From a virus (taxonomy: Duplodnaviria; Heunggongvirae; Uroviricota; Caudoviricetes), in IMG/VR virus record IMGVR_UViG_3300036770_004943, positions 64,001 to 128,000 of that record: a stretch of DNA of 64,000 bases. One strand, 5' to 3'. The position numbers were made by a program, and so were the translations under genes. The number at the start of each line of letters is the position of its first letter. The stretch's first letter is position 1. Below the pieces are notes generated by a model. It was given only the letters and a program-made list of their open reading frames with translations, was not told the origin of the DNA and made no database searches. Positions 18,560-27,892 of the stretch are shown piece by piece.

Positions 18560-19342
18560 TTATTTTAAAAATTTATTTAACCCGTCAATTATTTTTTGAT
18601 TTCTATTACCAGTTAAATCAACAAAGGATATTGTAGTTGGTTTTACATCTTCCATTAAATTCCATTGACAAGAATATCCATTACAACCTTGAGTAGATTC
18701 GGTAAATGTTTTTAAATCACCAGCATCTGTAGAAATCCAAGAACCCGGAGTTGATGGAGACGTTACGATATCCCAACAAATTAATTCAAAGTCATCTTGA
18801 ACTACGTTTTTACCATTTTCAACTTTAAGGGATCCAACACCACGAGATGAAATACCAACAGTCCAACCTTTTCTAATCATGTTAACCACTTTATCACCAA
18901 CCGATGAAATAATACCTAATTTGTGGTAACCTGGTGTAGTATCTAATTCCATTTCACCCATAAGAGTTTTACCTTCCCACCATGTTTTAGTAATTCTGTG
19001 GGAAACTCTGTCAGCATCAATGATAGAAGACTCGGGGTGATTTAATTCACCTAATGAAGTCCCCATTTTAATATATTCTTGATATCTAACATTTTCTCTT
19101 TCAAGAATTTCTTTTGGGTATAATCTACCATTCTTGTTTTCAATACCCCATTTTTGAAGTACTGCGTAAACAATTATTGTATCTGGTAAACTACCGTCTT
19201 TTCCTATATTTGTACCTGATTTAAATTCTCTGATTAAATCAGCATTTTTTGTACCTTTATACGTTAAATCAGGGGAAATGTATCCCGCATCGTATTCTAC
19301 TAAGATACCTCTACCTGTTTCGTTAGCTTTTAAAATTTTCAT
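18560..19342 (-). CDS. prohead core protease (T4 gp21-like)
   Basis: NKNGRLYP, GELNHP, RVSH, GISSRGVGS, WDIVTSPS; late motif at 19361-19369. Confidence 0.92.
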   Translation of the reverse strand: MKILKANETGRGILVEYDAGYISPDLTYKGTKNADLIREFKSGTNIGKDGSLPDTIIVYAVLQKWGIENKNGRLYPKEILERENVRYQEYIKMGTSLGELNHPESSIIDADRVSHRITKTWWEGKTLMGEMELDTTPGYHKLGIISSVGDKVVNMIRKGWTVGISSRGVGSLKVENGKNVVQDDFELICWDIVTSPSTPGSWISTDAGDLKTFTESTQGCNGYSCQWNLMEDVKPTTISFVDLTGNRNQKIIDGLNKFLK

Positions 19343-19395
19343 TTTGTAAAAGTTTTTCTATATAAATATGCAATAAATTCATATATTTACATTAT

Positions 19396-19815
19396 ATGAA
19401 GAACCTGATTCGAAAAATAATGAAGGAGGAGATGGTAAGAAAAAAAATACACATGGATTTACCCAATTCTGTATTGAAAATGAATCGGATTTTCAAGGAA
19501 AATGGGTATGAACTATATGTCGTTGGTGGTGCTGTGAGAGATTTGTTATACGGTAATGAACCTAAAGATTTTGATTTAACTACAAACGCTAAACCCGAAG
19601 AAATCAAATCTATGTTGAATATGTATCGTACTATCGAATTAGGTGAACAGTTCGGTATTATTAATGTGATTACAGAAGATGGTCAGTATGAAATTGCCAC
19701 TTTTAGACGTGATTTATCTTTTAAAGATAAAAGTATGAGTTCTTTTTTAGTATATTTGAAAACGTTAAATAACGGTAGTTATGAACTATTTTTAGAGAAA
19801 CTAAAAATGAAATAA
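19396..19815 (+). CDS. cca: CCA-adding enzyme (class II tRNA nucleotidyltransferase), N-terminal fragment
   Basis: YVVGGAVRD, PKDFDLTT, QFG, EIATFRRD, then 34 unrelated residues and a stop. Confidence 0.85.
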   Translation: MKNLIRKIMKEEMVRKKIHMDLPNSVLKMNRIFKENGYELYVVGGAVRDLLYGNEPKDFDLTTNAKPEEIKSMLNMYRTIELGEQFGIINVITEDGQYEIATFRRDLSFKDKSMSSFLVYLKTLNNGSYELFLEKLKMK

Positions 19816-19855
19816 CTACATTCAGAAATATCATGATATTTATAAATAAAATATC

Positions 19856-20530
19856 ATGGAAAAAGGTTACATTTACAAATTAATAGATCCAACAAATAAT
19901 GAATGTAGATATATCGGTAAAACTATACAAAAACTTAAAGTTAGATTATATCGACATTTAAATGATATTGATAAAAGTATTAGCCATAAAAATAACTGGT
20001 TAATTGGTTTAAGAGATAAGGGTTTATTAAACGATGTTAAAATAGAAATTTTAGAAGAATGTGATTTATACATTTTAAACGAACGTGAGGTGTTTTGGAT
20101 TAGTGAGTTTAAAAATAACGGACATAAATTAACTAATCTAACAATCGGTGGTGATGTAGGTTCTATGGGTCATAAACATAGTGATGAGGCTAAAAGGAAA
20201 ATATCTGAGGTTTCTAAAAAAATGGATAGGTCACATATGAGGACTAAAGAATTTAGAGATAAAATTAGTAAATCACTTATTGGTAATAATAGACATAAGG
20301 GATCTAAACATAGTGAAGAAACAAAGAAAAAAATATCTGAAAGTAAAAAAGGTACTGTGAGTTGGAATGCACAGTCAGTTTTACAATTAGATAAAGAAGG
20401 TAAGGTGATAAAAGAGTGGAGGAGTGCTAAATACGCTGCCGAACATCTTGGTTTAAGTCAAGGTAATATTTGGTCAGTAATAAATGGTAATAGAAATAAA
20501 TGTGGTGGTTATAAATGGAAATTAAAATGA
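19856..20530 (+). CDS. GIY-YIG homing endonuclease with NUMOD3-like repeats
   Basis: GYIYKL...RYIGKT...R...H; HSDEAKRKIS and HSEETKKKIS; C-terminal HTH; own late motif at 19836-19845. Confidence 0.88.
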   Translation: MEKGYIYKLIDPTNNECRYIGKTIQKLKVRLYRHLNDIDKSISHKNNWLIGLRDKGLLNDVKIEILEECDLYILNEREVFWISEFKNNGHKLTNLTIGGDVGSMGHKHSDEAKRKISEVSKKMDRSHMRTKEFRDKISKSLIGNNRHKGSKHSEETKKKISESKKGTVSWNAQSVLQLDKEGKVIKEWRSAKYAAEHLGLSQGNIWSVINGNRNKCGGYKWKLK

Positions 20531-20760
20531 ACGAAAATAAAACAACCTATATAAATAGAGATGGTGATTTAACTATTAATGGAACTTTTAACTTTGAGGG
20601 TTCGTTAATTGAATTACGTAATATAATAGATAAAACTATTGAAGAATATAGTGAAGATACAAAGTGTGAATTAGCCACTTTTGGTAGTTTCCCACATAGA
20701 TGGTCTTCACATATAATTATTAAACAAGATAAAAATGGAAAACTGGGAACAAATAGCTAA
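20515..20760 (+). CDS. hypothetical protein inside the cca-splitting insertion
   Basis: ORF overlaps both the endonuclease stop and the cca C-fragment start. Confidence 0.55.
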   Translation: MEIKMNENKTTYINRDGDLTINGTFNFEGSLIELRNIIDKTIEEYSEDTKCELATFGSFPHRWSSHIIIKQDKNGKLGTNS

Positions 20761-22015
20761 AGAATTACTACCTAAAGAGTATAGTGAATTCATGAAATTT
20801 ACTGGTTCAGGTAGAAGACCTGACTCTGTAGAATTCACCACAATCGACCAAGACGTTAAGCGTCGTGATTTAACCATTAACGCTCTTTTCTATGACATTG
20901 ATAAAGGTGAAGTGGTTGATTTAGTTGGTGGTATTGGTGATATTGAAAGTAATGTAGTTAGAACCGTTGGTTCCGCTTCGGAACGTTTTGATGAGGATAA
21001 ATTACGTGTACTTAGAGCACTTAGATTCGCAGCCCGTGTTAATTCTAACGTAGATAAAGACATTGAATCTGCGATAAAAAGGGATAAAACACCAATTAGT
21101 GGGAATGGTTTACCTGTTTCACAAGAACGTATTAGAGATGAGTTTCTTAAAGGTATTAAACAGGCCAAATCCGTTGGTTATTTTACCCAATTAATAACCA
21201 AATATAATCTTTGGGATTGGATATTTGGTCGACTTGTAGTTACAACCGAACCCTTAATTGAGGTTAAAAACCCAATCGTACTTATAGCGTCTTTACTTAG
21301 AAGTAATGAACCTACTTTGATTGAAAAGACCCTAACTAATCAATTTAAATATACTGTTGAAGAAGTAAGGGAAATTGTTTTTTTAATTAAGTTTTTACTC
21401 CTCGGAGAAGATGTTTATAAATTACGTGAGAGGTTTGATGTCATTAGAATGGACACTGAAACATTAAAAACTTTCGGTAGTTTAATGGGTGTCCCTAATA
21501 AAATTATAAATACTTTTCTAAAATATCGTATAACAACTTCAGGTGAGGATTTAATGAAACAAGGTTTTAAAGGTCGTGAAATTGGTCAAGAAAAAGAAAG
21601 AATAGAAAAAGAAAAATTTAAAAAACTTATGAAAGAGTCCACAAAGAGAGTTTCTTATTCAGGTGTAATACTAAATGAGAAATCAAGAGAAATGTTAAAA
21701 AATTATATTAAATTCCCTAAAGACTGGGAGTTTATTGGACATCACATGACAATTAACATGGGACCAATAACAGAAGAATATAAACCACTTATAGGCCAAT
21801 CAGTAGATTTGTTAATTACCCATGTTGGGTCGACAGATAAAGTTGTTGCTGTTAAAGTTGAAACTGAAATTAAAACTAAAAATAAAACACCACACATTAC
21901 TATAGCTGTAGATAGACGTAATGGTGGTAAACCAGTAATGTCTAATGAAATAACTGATTGGGCTCTTATTTACCCATTTGAGGTTGAAGGAAAAATTGAA
22001 GAAATTTCTTTTTAA
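20735..22015 (+). CDS. cca: CCA-adding enzyme C-terminal fragment fused to a 2H phosphoesterase
   Basis: GRRPD..DVKRRDLTINAL, FDEDKLRVLRALRF, SQERIRDEF; C-terminal HHMT and PHIT (two HxT motifs) after 21638. Confidence 0.85.
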   Translation: MENWEQIAKELLPKEYSEFMKFTGSGRRPDSVEFTTIDQDVKRRDLTINALFYDIDKGEVVDLVGGIGDIESNVVRTVGSASERFDEDKLRVLRALRFAARVNSNVDKDIESAIKRDKTPISGNGLPVSQERIRDEFLKGIKQAKSVGYFTQLITKYNLWDWIFGRLVVTTEPLIEVKNPIVLIASLLRSNEPTLIEKTLTNQFKYTVEEVREIVFLIKFLLLGEDVYKLRERFDVIRMDTETLKTFGSLMGVPNKIINTFLKYRITTSGEDLMKQGFKGREIGQEKERIEKEKFKKLMKESTKRVSYSGVILNEKSREMLKNYIKFPKDWEFIGHHMTINMGPITEEYKPLIGQSVDLLITHVGSTDKVVAVKVETEIKTKNKTPHITIAVDRRNGGKPVMSNEITDWALIYPFEVEGKIEEISF

Positions 22016-22041
22016 TTTTTTGCCTAAGTTAAAAATATTTC

Positions 22042-22049
22042 TATCTTTG
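22042..22049 (+). promoter_or_regulatory. Bacteroidota -33/-7 promoter
   Basis: TTTG (22019-22022), 19-nt spacer, TATCTTTG. Confidence 0.75.
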
Positions 22050-22086
22050 TATTGTTAATTAATCAATCACCTAAAACGATAAAATT

Positions 22087-22725
22087 ATGGCAACAAATCT
22101 TTTTAACAAAGCAAAGGCTAAATCAACCGATACAAAAACCCCAAAGTCGAAAGACAAATCACACGTAATACCAAAATTTGATTCAGCCGTTGAAATGGCA
22201 GAATTTCACGCCAAACTTGTAAAATTAGCAACCCTTAAAGAACAGATTGACAAACTTGAGGCTGAGATTAAAGACGCGGATAGTTATGTTCGTGACTTAG
22301 GTATGACCGAGTTTTCAAACTTGGTAGAACGTACAGGTAAACGTGAATCTTCATTCATTATGGCTTCTGAACAAGGTGCGTCTGTTATGGTTGTTGTTCA
22401 AGACAAATATAAATCCATCAATGAAGAAAGAGCTAATTACCTTAAAGAAACTTACGGTGAAGATATCGTTGATGAAGCAACAGAGTTCAAGTTTAATAAC
22501 GAAGTTCTTGAACGTAACCAAGAGGTTATATCCGAGTTAATTGAAAAATGTGATAAAATCTCTAACGACGATAAAGAAAACCTAATCGTTGGTATCACTA
22601 AATACTCGGTTAAAAAAGGGTTGATTGACAGTATATATAAAGTTTCTAAAGATAAGGGTATTAGTTTAACAACCTTGTTAGCAGAAGTGGAACCACAACT
22701 CCAACTTAAGTCCCCAAAGGCTTAA
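22087..22725 (+). CDS. early hypothetical protein
   Basis: Host-type promoter upstream, terminator downstream. Confidence 0.7.
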   Translation: MATNLFNKAKAKSTDTKTPKSKDKSHVIPKFDSAVEMAEFHAKLVKLATLKEQIDKLEAEIKDADSYVRDLGMTEFSNLVERTGKRESSFIMASEQGASVMVVVQDKYKSINEERANYLKETYGEDIVDEATEFKFNNEVLERNQEVISELIEKCDKISNDDKENLIVGITKYSVKKGLIDSIYKVSKDKGISLTTLLAEVEPQLQLKSPKA

Positions 22726-22730
22726 AAATT

Positions 22731-22757
22731 AAAAACCCCTCATAAGAGGGGTTTTTT
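22731..22757. terminator. bidirectional intrinsic terminator
   Basis: aaaaacccct-cataag-aggggttttt between convergent genes. Confidence 0.8.
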
Positions 22758-22758
22758 G

Positions 22759-23190
22759 TTATCCTTTTCTTCTAAAAAATTTAAAATCTTCATCTTTTTC
22801 AAAAACATCTGTTATTATTTTTTCAGATATTTTATTTAAAGTTGGTAATAGTTTATCGGAATTAACTGGTATTGGATTTTTTTGAAACAATGTCATTTCT
22901 ACTGACATGTAACTTCTTTTTTCATACGAAATACCTGAAGATGCCATGTTAAAATCAACAATTACTTTTGGTAGAAACTGTTCGGTGTCTAACATTTCAA
23001 ATAGTTTTCTTTTAACTCTTTTAGATTTTTGTTTAATTAACGAATCGAAATCCTCTTCGTCTTTATTCTTTGGTTTACCCCAAGCTGATATTTGTATGTA
23101 GATTGATTCTGGGTTTCTATTATCTACAGCCCCTGAAATTACATTATATTCATAAGGTAAATTTAGTTTAATTTCTTTTCCTTTTTTCAT
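22759..23190 (-). CDS. hypothetical protein
   Basis: Clean ORF. Confidence 0.65.
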   Translation of the reverse strand: MKKGKEIKLNLPYEYNVISGAVDNRNPESIYIQISAWGKPKNKDEEDFDSLIKQKSKRVKRKLFEMLDTEQFLPKVIVDFNMASSGISYEKRSYMSVEMTLFQKNPIPVNSDKLLPTLNKISEKIITDVFEKDEDFKFFRRKG

Positions 23191-23200
23191 AAAATGAGTG

Positions 23201-24337
23201 TTACGCCACTGTTATTCCAGCTTTATCGAATACAGTCTCAATCATAACATTAGAAACTTTATAAGGGTCACAATTAGCCGCCGGTCTTCTATCCTCAAAA
23301 TAACCCCTTTCATTGGTGTAAGTTTGTACTGGGATACGTATACTAGAACCTCTATCTGAATTGCCAAAACTAAATGTTTCTATGCTTGAAGTTTCGTGTT
23401 TCCCAGTTAATCTTTTGTCATTAAATTCACCATAAACTTCAATGTGTTCTTTATGTCTTTCAGATAGTTTATTACAGGCTTCTAATATTTTTTTAAGTCC
23501 ACCTTTTTCACGCATTTCTTTAGTTGAAAAATTAACGTGACACCCACTACCATTCCAATCACCGTTCACAGGTTTAGGGTGATAAGAAATCCCTAAACCT
23601 TTTTTCTCAGCAACTCGCTCAAGTATATAACGTGAAATCCATAATTGGTCTGAACCGTTTAAGGCAGTCACAGGACCGATTTGATACTCCCATTGACCTA
23701 TCAGTACTTCCGCATTAATTCCACCGATATTTAGACCTATTTCTGCACATTTAGTTAGATGTTCCTCTACTACATCCCTACCAATAACATTAAGACCACC
23801 CACACCACAATAATAATCTCCTTGTGGTCTTGGTTTTTCCGACCCTTGATTAAAACCTAATGGTAGACCACCACCCCATTTAAAATGATTTGTTTTTTCC
23901 GGTGCATGAGTAATTACATATTCTTGCTCCCACCCAAACCAAGGAACCTCTGAAAGGTTTGCATCGTATTCTTTAAATTTAAGTTCGGTTAATAATTCTC
24001 TTAAATTACCCCTTGTATTTGATTTGTGGGGTGTTTTACCATCGGGATTAAAAACTTCACAGAGAACTAATTTATGACCTTTACCTCTAAATGGGTCGTC
24101 AACTACATAGACAGGTTTTAAAACACAATCGGTACCGTCAAAACCGTATTCTGAACCACCAGCTTGTTTTGTTGAACTGCCATCAAAACTCCAAAGTGGA
24201 TATGATTCAGGATATCCTTGTTTTCCGTTACCATCTCGTTCTAAAATTTCAGTATTGTCAACAACTTTTGTTTTACTTCTTAGATTTTGGGGATTGTTAC
24301 CGTCCAACCAAATATACTCTAAAAAAACTTTACTCAT
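23201..24337 (-). CDS. glnII: glutamine synthetase type II
   Basis: WSFDGSST, QGDYYCGVG, INAEV..GQWEYQIGP, HPKP..GDWNGSGCHVNFST, RGSSIRIP, YFEDRRPAANCDPY. Confidence 0.92.
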   Translation of the reverse strand: MSKVFLEYIWLDGNNPQNLRSKTKVVDNTEILERDGNGKQGYPESYPLWSFDGSSTKQAGGSEYGFDGTDCVLKPVYVVDDPFRGKGHKLVLCEVFNPDGKTPHKSNTRGNLRELLTELKFKEYDANLSEVPWFGWEQEYVITHAPEKTNHFKWGGGLPLGFNQGSEKPRPQGDYYCGVGGLNVIGRDVVEEHLTKCAEIGLNIGGINAEVLIGQWEYQIGPVTALNGSDQLWISRYILERVAEKKGLGISYHPKPVNGDWNGSGCHVNFSTKEMREKGGLKKILEACNKLSERHKEHIEVYGEFNDKRLTGKHETSSIETFSFGNSDRGSSIRIPVQTYTNERGYFEDRRPAANCDPYKVSNVMIETVFDKAGITVA

Positions 24338-24413
24338 AATTTTGCCATTTTTAAAAATTTATTATATAATTTAATTATACTAAATTAATTCTGTTTAGAA
24401 AACAGCTATAAAC

Positions 24414-24441
24414 AAAAAACCCTCCTAAATGGAGGGTTTTT
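24414..24441 (-). terminator. intrinsic terminator
   Basis: aaaaaccctcc-taaat-ggagggttttt. Confidence 0.75.
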
Positions 24442-24444
24442 AAT

Positions 24445-24789
24445 TTAAAAAAAATTTTTTAACGAGAGAAGAATACCAATTATTATTTGAACAAATAATA
24501 AAATAGCTATTGTGGCCGTCCAACGATTTTTTTGTTTATATAACTCATCTTTAGCCTCTTTCATTTGTGTTGGAGACCAAATCTCATTTACTTTTTCTTG
24601 CCACACCTTTAAGTCTTGGACGGACCTTTCAGTGTTTTTAACATCACTAAGTTTATTATTAATGTCTTTAAATTTCTCTTCAATATTATCTCTAAGAGTT
24701 TCATAGTTGTTGTTCATCCTATCAAGCTCTTTAAGAACTAATTTAGAGTACTCAGCCCAAAGGGTTTTAAAATTATCTTCTTGTGACAT
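24445..24789 (-). CDS. coiled-coil protein with C-terminal transmembrane helix (holin-like possible)
   Basis: Coiled coil followed by WTATIAILLFVQIIIGILLSL. Confidence 0.5.
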   Translation of the reverse strand: MSQEDNFKTLWAEYSKLVLKELDRMNNNYETLRDNIEEKFKDINNKLSDVKNTERSVQDLKVWQEKVNEIWSPTQMKEAKDELYKQKNRWTATIAILLFVQIIIGILLSLKNFF

Positions 24790-25035
24790 TTAAATTAGGT
24801 GTTTTGTTCCTTCTAAAAGTGTAATTATGGAAGTGAATAAAGATTCATAAGATTTTAATTTACAGTCTTTATTTGTTTCAGAATTAATTTTCCCCATTTC
24901 AATGTGAATTAAGTCATCAATACTTTTAGTTAACCTTTCGTAATCACTGTCACTATCGAAATCAAAAATTTGATTATCAATTTCTTTTACTATTTCACGT
25001 AGCTTTTTTAGGTTTTCCGATTCGGTTTTAACCAT
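24790..25035 (-). CDS. hypothetical protein
   Basis: Coupled ORF in the head gene cluster. Confidence 0.55.
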   Translation of the reverse strand: MVKTESENLKKLREIVKEIDNQIFDFDSDSDYERLTKSIDDLIHIEMGKINSETNKDCKLKSYESLFTSIITLLEGTKHLI

Positions 25036-25045
25036 AATAATAAAA

Positions 25046-25837
25046 TTAACTTAAACTTATTTTTAAATTATAAACTTTTAATATATCCTCTTTAAAAGAT
25101 TCTTTATTATAACTTATATTATAAATCACATCTTTAGCCTCTAAAAGTTTTTCTTTAACCTCAATATTATCACTAAATTGTTTTATATTAGTGTTTAATA
25201 AAACAATAGATTCTTTAACCATGTTTTTTAATAAATTTTCTTTTTCTAAATCATCTTTGGAAAGAATTGTTTTTATAACTCTTTTTTCTTCTTCGGAAAT
25301 GTTGGAATATTTTTCATTGTACTTTTTAGTTACAATCTCTAAAAATTTATTAGCATCAACAGGTTTAGACTTTTCTTTTGACTCTACTATTTTTTTAGGT
25401 GTGGTTAACCATTTTTTTACATACTCAAAAGATTCGTGAATAGTTTCAATAGTCTCAACCTTTTTTTCTAGAATAATTAGGTTGTTTATAGCTTCATGTA
25501 ATTTTTTTTTCTCTTCATACCCATTATACGTTTGTTCAAGGACATAGTTAGAAGGTAATTTAAGAAATAGTTTTTTATTTTCTTTAATAATATTTTTTTT
25601 AGAAAATTTCTCAAAAAGAAAAATATTTTCTTTTAAATATTCCACGGCACTAACCTCCGATTCAAAATAACCGTTTTCTATGTTTTTATACACAATAAAT
25701 TGCGTCCTTAATATAGAACTTTCATAAATATTTTTAATAAATTCTTTATATTTCTTTTTATTTTGTAGTTTTGATTCATTAATGTAAGAATCAATTAAAA
25801 ATTTTGTGTATATATCTTTAACTGCACCGAAATTCAT
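25046..25837 (-). CDS. late helical protein, possible prohead core component
   Basis: Follows the portal; late motif at 25853-25861; several [IL]xE sites. Confidence 0.5.
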   Translation of the reverse strand: MNFGAVKDIYTKFLIDSYINESKLQNKKKYKEFIKNIYESSILRTQFIVYKNIENGYFESEVSAVEYLKENIFLFEKFSKKNIIKENKKLFLKLPSNYVLEQTYNGYEEKKKLHEAINNLIILEKKVETIETIHESFEYVKKWLTTPKKIVESKEKSKPVDANKFLEIVTKKYNEKYSNISEEEKRVIKTILSKDDLEKENLLKNMVKESIVLLNTNIKQFSDNIEVKEKLLEAKDVIYNISYNKESFKEDILKVYNLKISLS

Positions 25838-25863
25838 AATAGTTTTTTAATATATAAATATTA

Positions 25864-27804
25864 CTAATCTTGTAATAAATTAAATTCATTTAAATCATCA
25901 TTGTTAATATTATCTTCTTCACCGATTAAGTTTTTAATACCTTCAGTCATCATAATAATATCTTCATTTTTTTGTCTACCCTCTAATAGAAGTTTATCTA
26001 TAATATTTTTATCTTTATAACGGAAACTTTCACCGAATCCACCTCCAGTTTCTTCAGCACCTCCAGTTTCTTCAGCACCTCCAGTTTCCTCACCAGTCTC
26101 ACCTTCACCACCAAATTCTTCACCACCAACACCTAAGTCAAGACCCCCACCAAATCCTCCTCCACCAAACGATTCACCGCCACCAGCTTCACCGCCACCA
26201 GCTTCACCGCCACCAGTTTCCCCACTTTCAGTTCCGGCGGGTAAACCAATTTCACCATAAAGTTTTGTTACACGGTCAAAAAAACCAGTTTTCTTAATGT
26301 TTTCAGGTGTGTTTTCCAGTTCTTTTGATGCAGCTCTTTCCATCATTTGTTGCTCTAGGTCGGTTTTAATTTCTTCATCAGTCCAATTAAAAATATTTTT
26401 CTTAGCCCAAGTATGTGACGAAGGGGCTATACCACCATCAATTTGTGATACAAGGTCTTTGTAAAGAGTAACTTTCTCTTTCCATTGTTCAACTTTTAAC
26501 ATCTCACCTTGAGTTGATGGGTTTGTAAGATTTAAAGTAAAATTATTTAAATCATCCGTAAAACCTAAAATAAATAAATGTATAATTGCTAATTTATTTA
26601 ATTCTTGAATCATAGATTGCTGTATACGATTAATTGTTCTCGCGAAACGTATATCTAATAAGGCTAAATTTTTACCCTCACCGGCTGGCTCATCAAAACC
26701 TAAAAAAGGTTTAGGTACCCTAAGTGCTGTTAATAATTTTCTTTGAATATATTCTATATCAGCGATTTGATCTAAATTACTGGCACCAGCTAAGGTATCT
26801 ATAGGGTTTGGTGCGTTAGGATCCCTTACAGGTACGAAATAATCTTGGTCTACAGCCAATGTATTGTATCTTAGGTCAACCTGACCAGATTTTTGGTCAA
26901 CTAATTGTTGTCTTTTAAATTTATTAGCAACTTTTTGTACGTATGCATCAACATCTTTATCATCAATGTTACCCACATAAATTTTAAATACGCGTCTTTC
27001 AGGTGCTCTAACAACACGATAAACTAACATTGCGTCTTCAGCCAATAACATTTGTTTCCAAATACGTCTAGCTTTTTCTAACATTGAGGTTCCGTAAGGT
27101 AAACGTCTATCGTCACCTAATAAACGAAAATGTGCAATTTCCCAAGGATTAAAATCCATATTTTTTTCACGCCAGTGAAAAATTACTTGTTTTTTCTTTG
27201 TTTGTTGTTCAGTGTTATTACCTTCTTTTTTGGTGGGGAACATTCCTTCTTCTTTTCGCTCAATTTCAATATTGGTTAACTGTGAAGAACCTATAACCCC
27301 TTTTTTATTATCAATCTTTAAAAAAACAAAATTGTCACCATATTTACACGTATTACGAGTCCACATTGGTAAATTTGTTTGAATATCGAGGACATTATAA
27401 AACAAATCTTCTAAAACGTTTTTTACTCTTTTAGAATTTGATTGAATTGTTAAAACTTTACCTTGTTCACTTGTTGTACAAGATTCTTCAGCCATAATAT
27501 CTAAAGCCGCTGAAATTTCAGGTGTAAATTCCATAGCTTCATAATCCATGTAGGAAGCTATTCTTGAAGTTTCATAATAAACTGCTTTTTGGTATAATTC
27601 ATTATCTACTCTTTGCCACTGTGCTTCAAGATAACCTTTTTGTTGTAACTCTAATTTTTGTTTATCATATTCTTGTTTTGATTGTACGGTAATTAAATCA
27701 CCGTCACCAAAACTATATTTTGGTGTTGTTCTTTCAGGTTTTTTATTTTGACCAAAAAGGTAAAATAATTTCTGATATACTGTTAAATCTTTATTATCTG
27801 ACAT
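25864..27804 (-). CDS. portal protein (T4 gp20-like) with Gly/Glu-rich tail
   Basis: PEISAALDI, LAEDAMLVYRVVRAPERRVFKIYVGN, DYFVPVR, IDTLAG, LLTALRVPKPFL. Confidence 0.95.
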   Translation of the reverse strand: MSDNKDLTVYQKLFYLFGQNKKPERTTPKYSFGDGDLITVQSKQEYDKQKLELQQKGYLEAQWQRVDNELYQKAVYYETSRIASYMDYEAMEFTPEISAALDIMAEESCTTSEQGKVLTIQSNSKRVKNVLEDLFYNVLDIQTNLPMWTRNTCKYGDNFVFLKIDNKKGVIGSSQLTNIEIERKEEGMFPTKKEGNNTEQQTKKKQVIFHWREKNMDFNPWEIAHFRLLGDDRRLPYGTSMLEKARRIWKQMLLAEDAMLVYRVVRAPERRVFKIYVGNIDDKDVDAYVQKVANKFKRQQLVDQKSGQVDLRYNTLAVDQDYFVPVRDPNAPNPIDTLAGASNLDQIADIEYIQRKLLTALRVPKPFLGFDEPAGEGKNLALLDIRFARTINRIQQSMIQELNKLAIIHLFILGFTDDLNNFTLNLTNPSTQGEMLKVEQWKEKVTLYKDLVSQIDGGIAPSSHTWAKKNIFNWTDEEIKTDLEQQMMERAASKELENTPENIKKTGFFDRVTKLYGEIGLPAGTESGETGGGEAGGGEAGGGESFGGGGFGGGLDLGVGGEEFGGEGETGEETGGAEETGGAEETGGGFGESFRYKDKNIIDKLLLEGRQKNEDIIMMTEGIKNLIGEEDNINNDDLNEFNLLQD

Positions 27805-27892
27805 TAATTAATTTTCAAAACTTGTTATTTTATTTAAAATAAATATCCAACTTAAAAATAAACCACCATTTTTAAATGTGAAGGCACATGTG

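Noticed and set aside
19714-20800. Group I intron or intein interrupting cca
   Set aside because: The interval is almost wholly protein-coding with no recognisable P7/catalytic core. There are no intein N-terminal C/S block or C-terminal HN motifs, and both fragments have their own stop or start. A covariance search would be the definitive test.
19714-20800. Ribosomal bypass between matching TTT codons (RRDLSF to F-TGSG)
   Set aside because: The gap is about 1.08 kb with intervening genes, and there is no stop or hairpin right after the take-off codon, unlike T4 gene 60.
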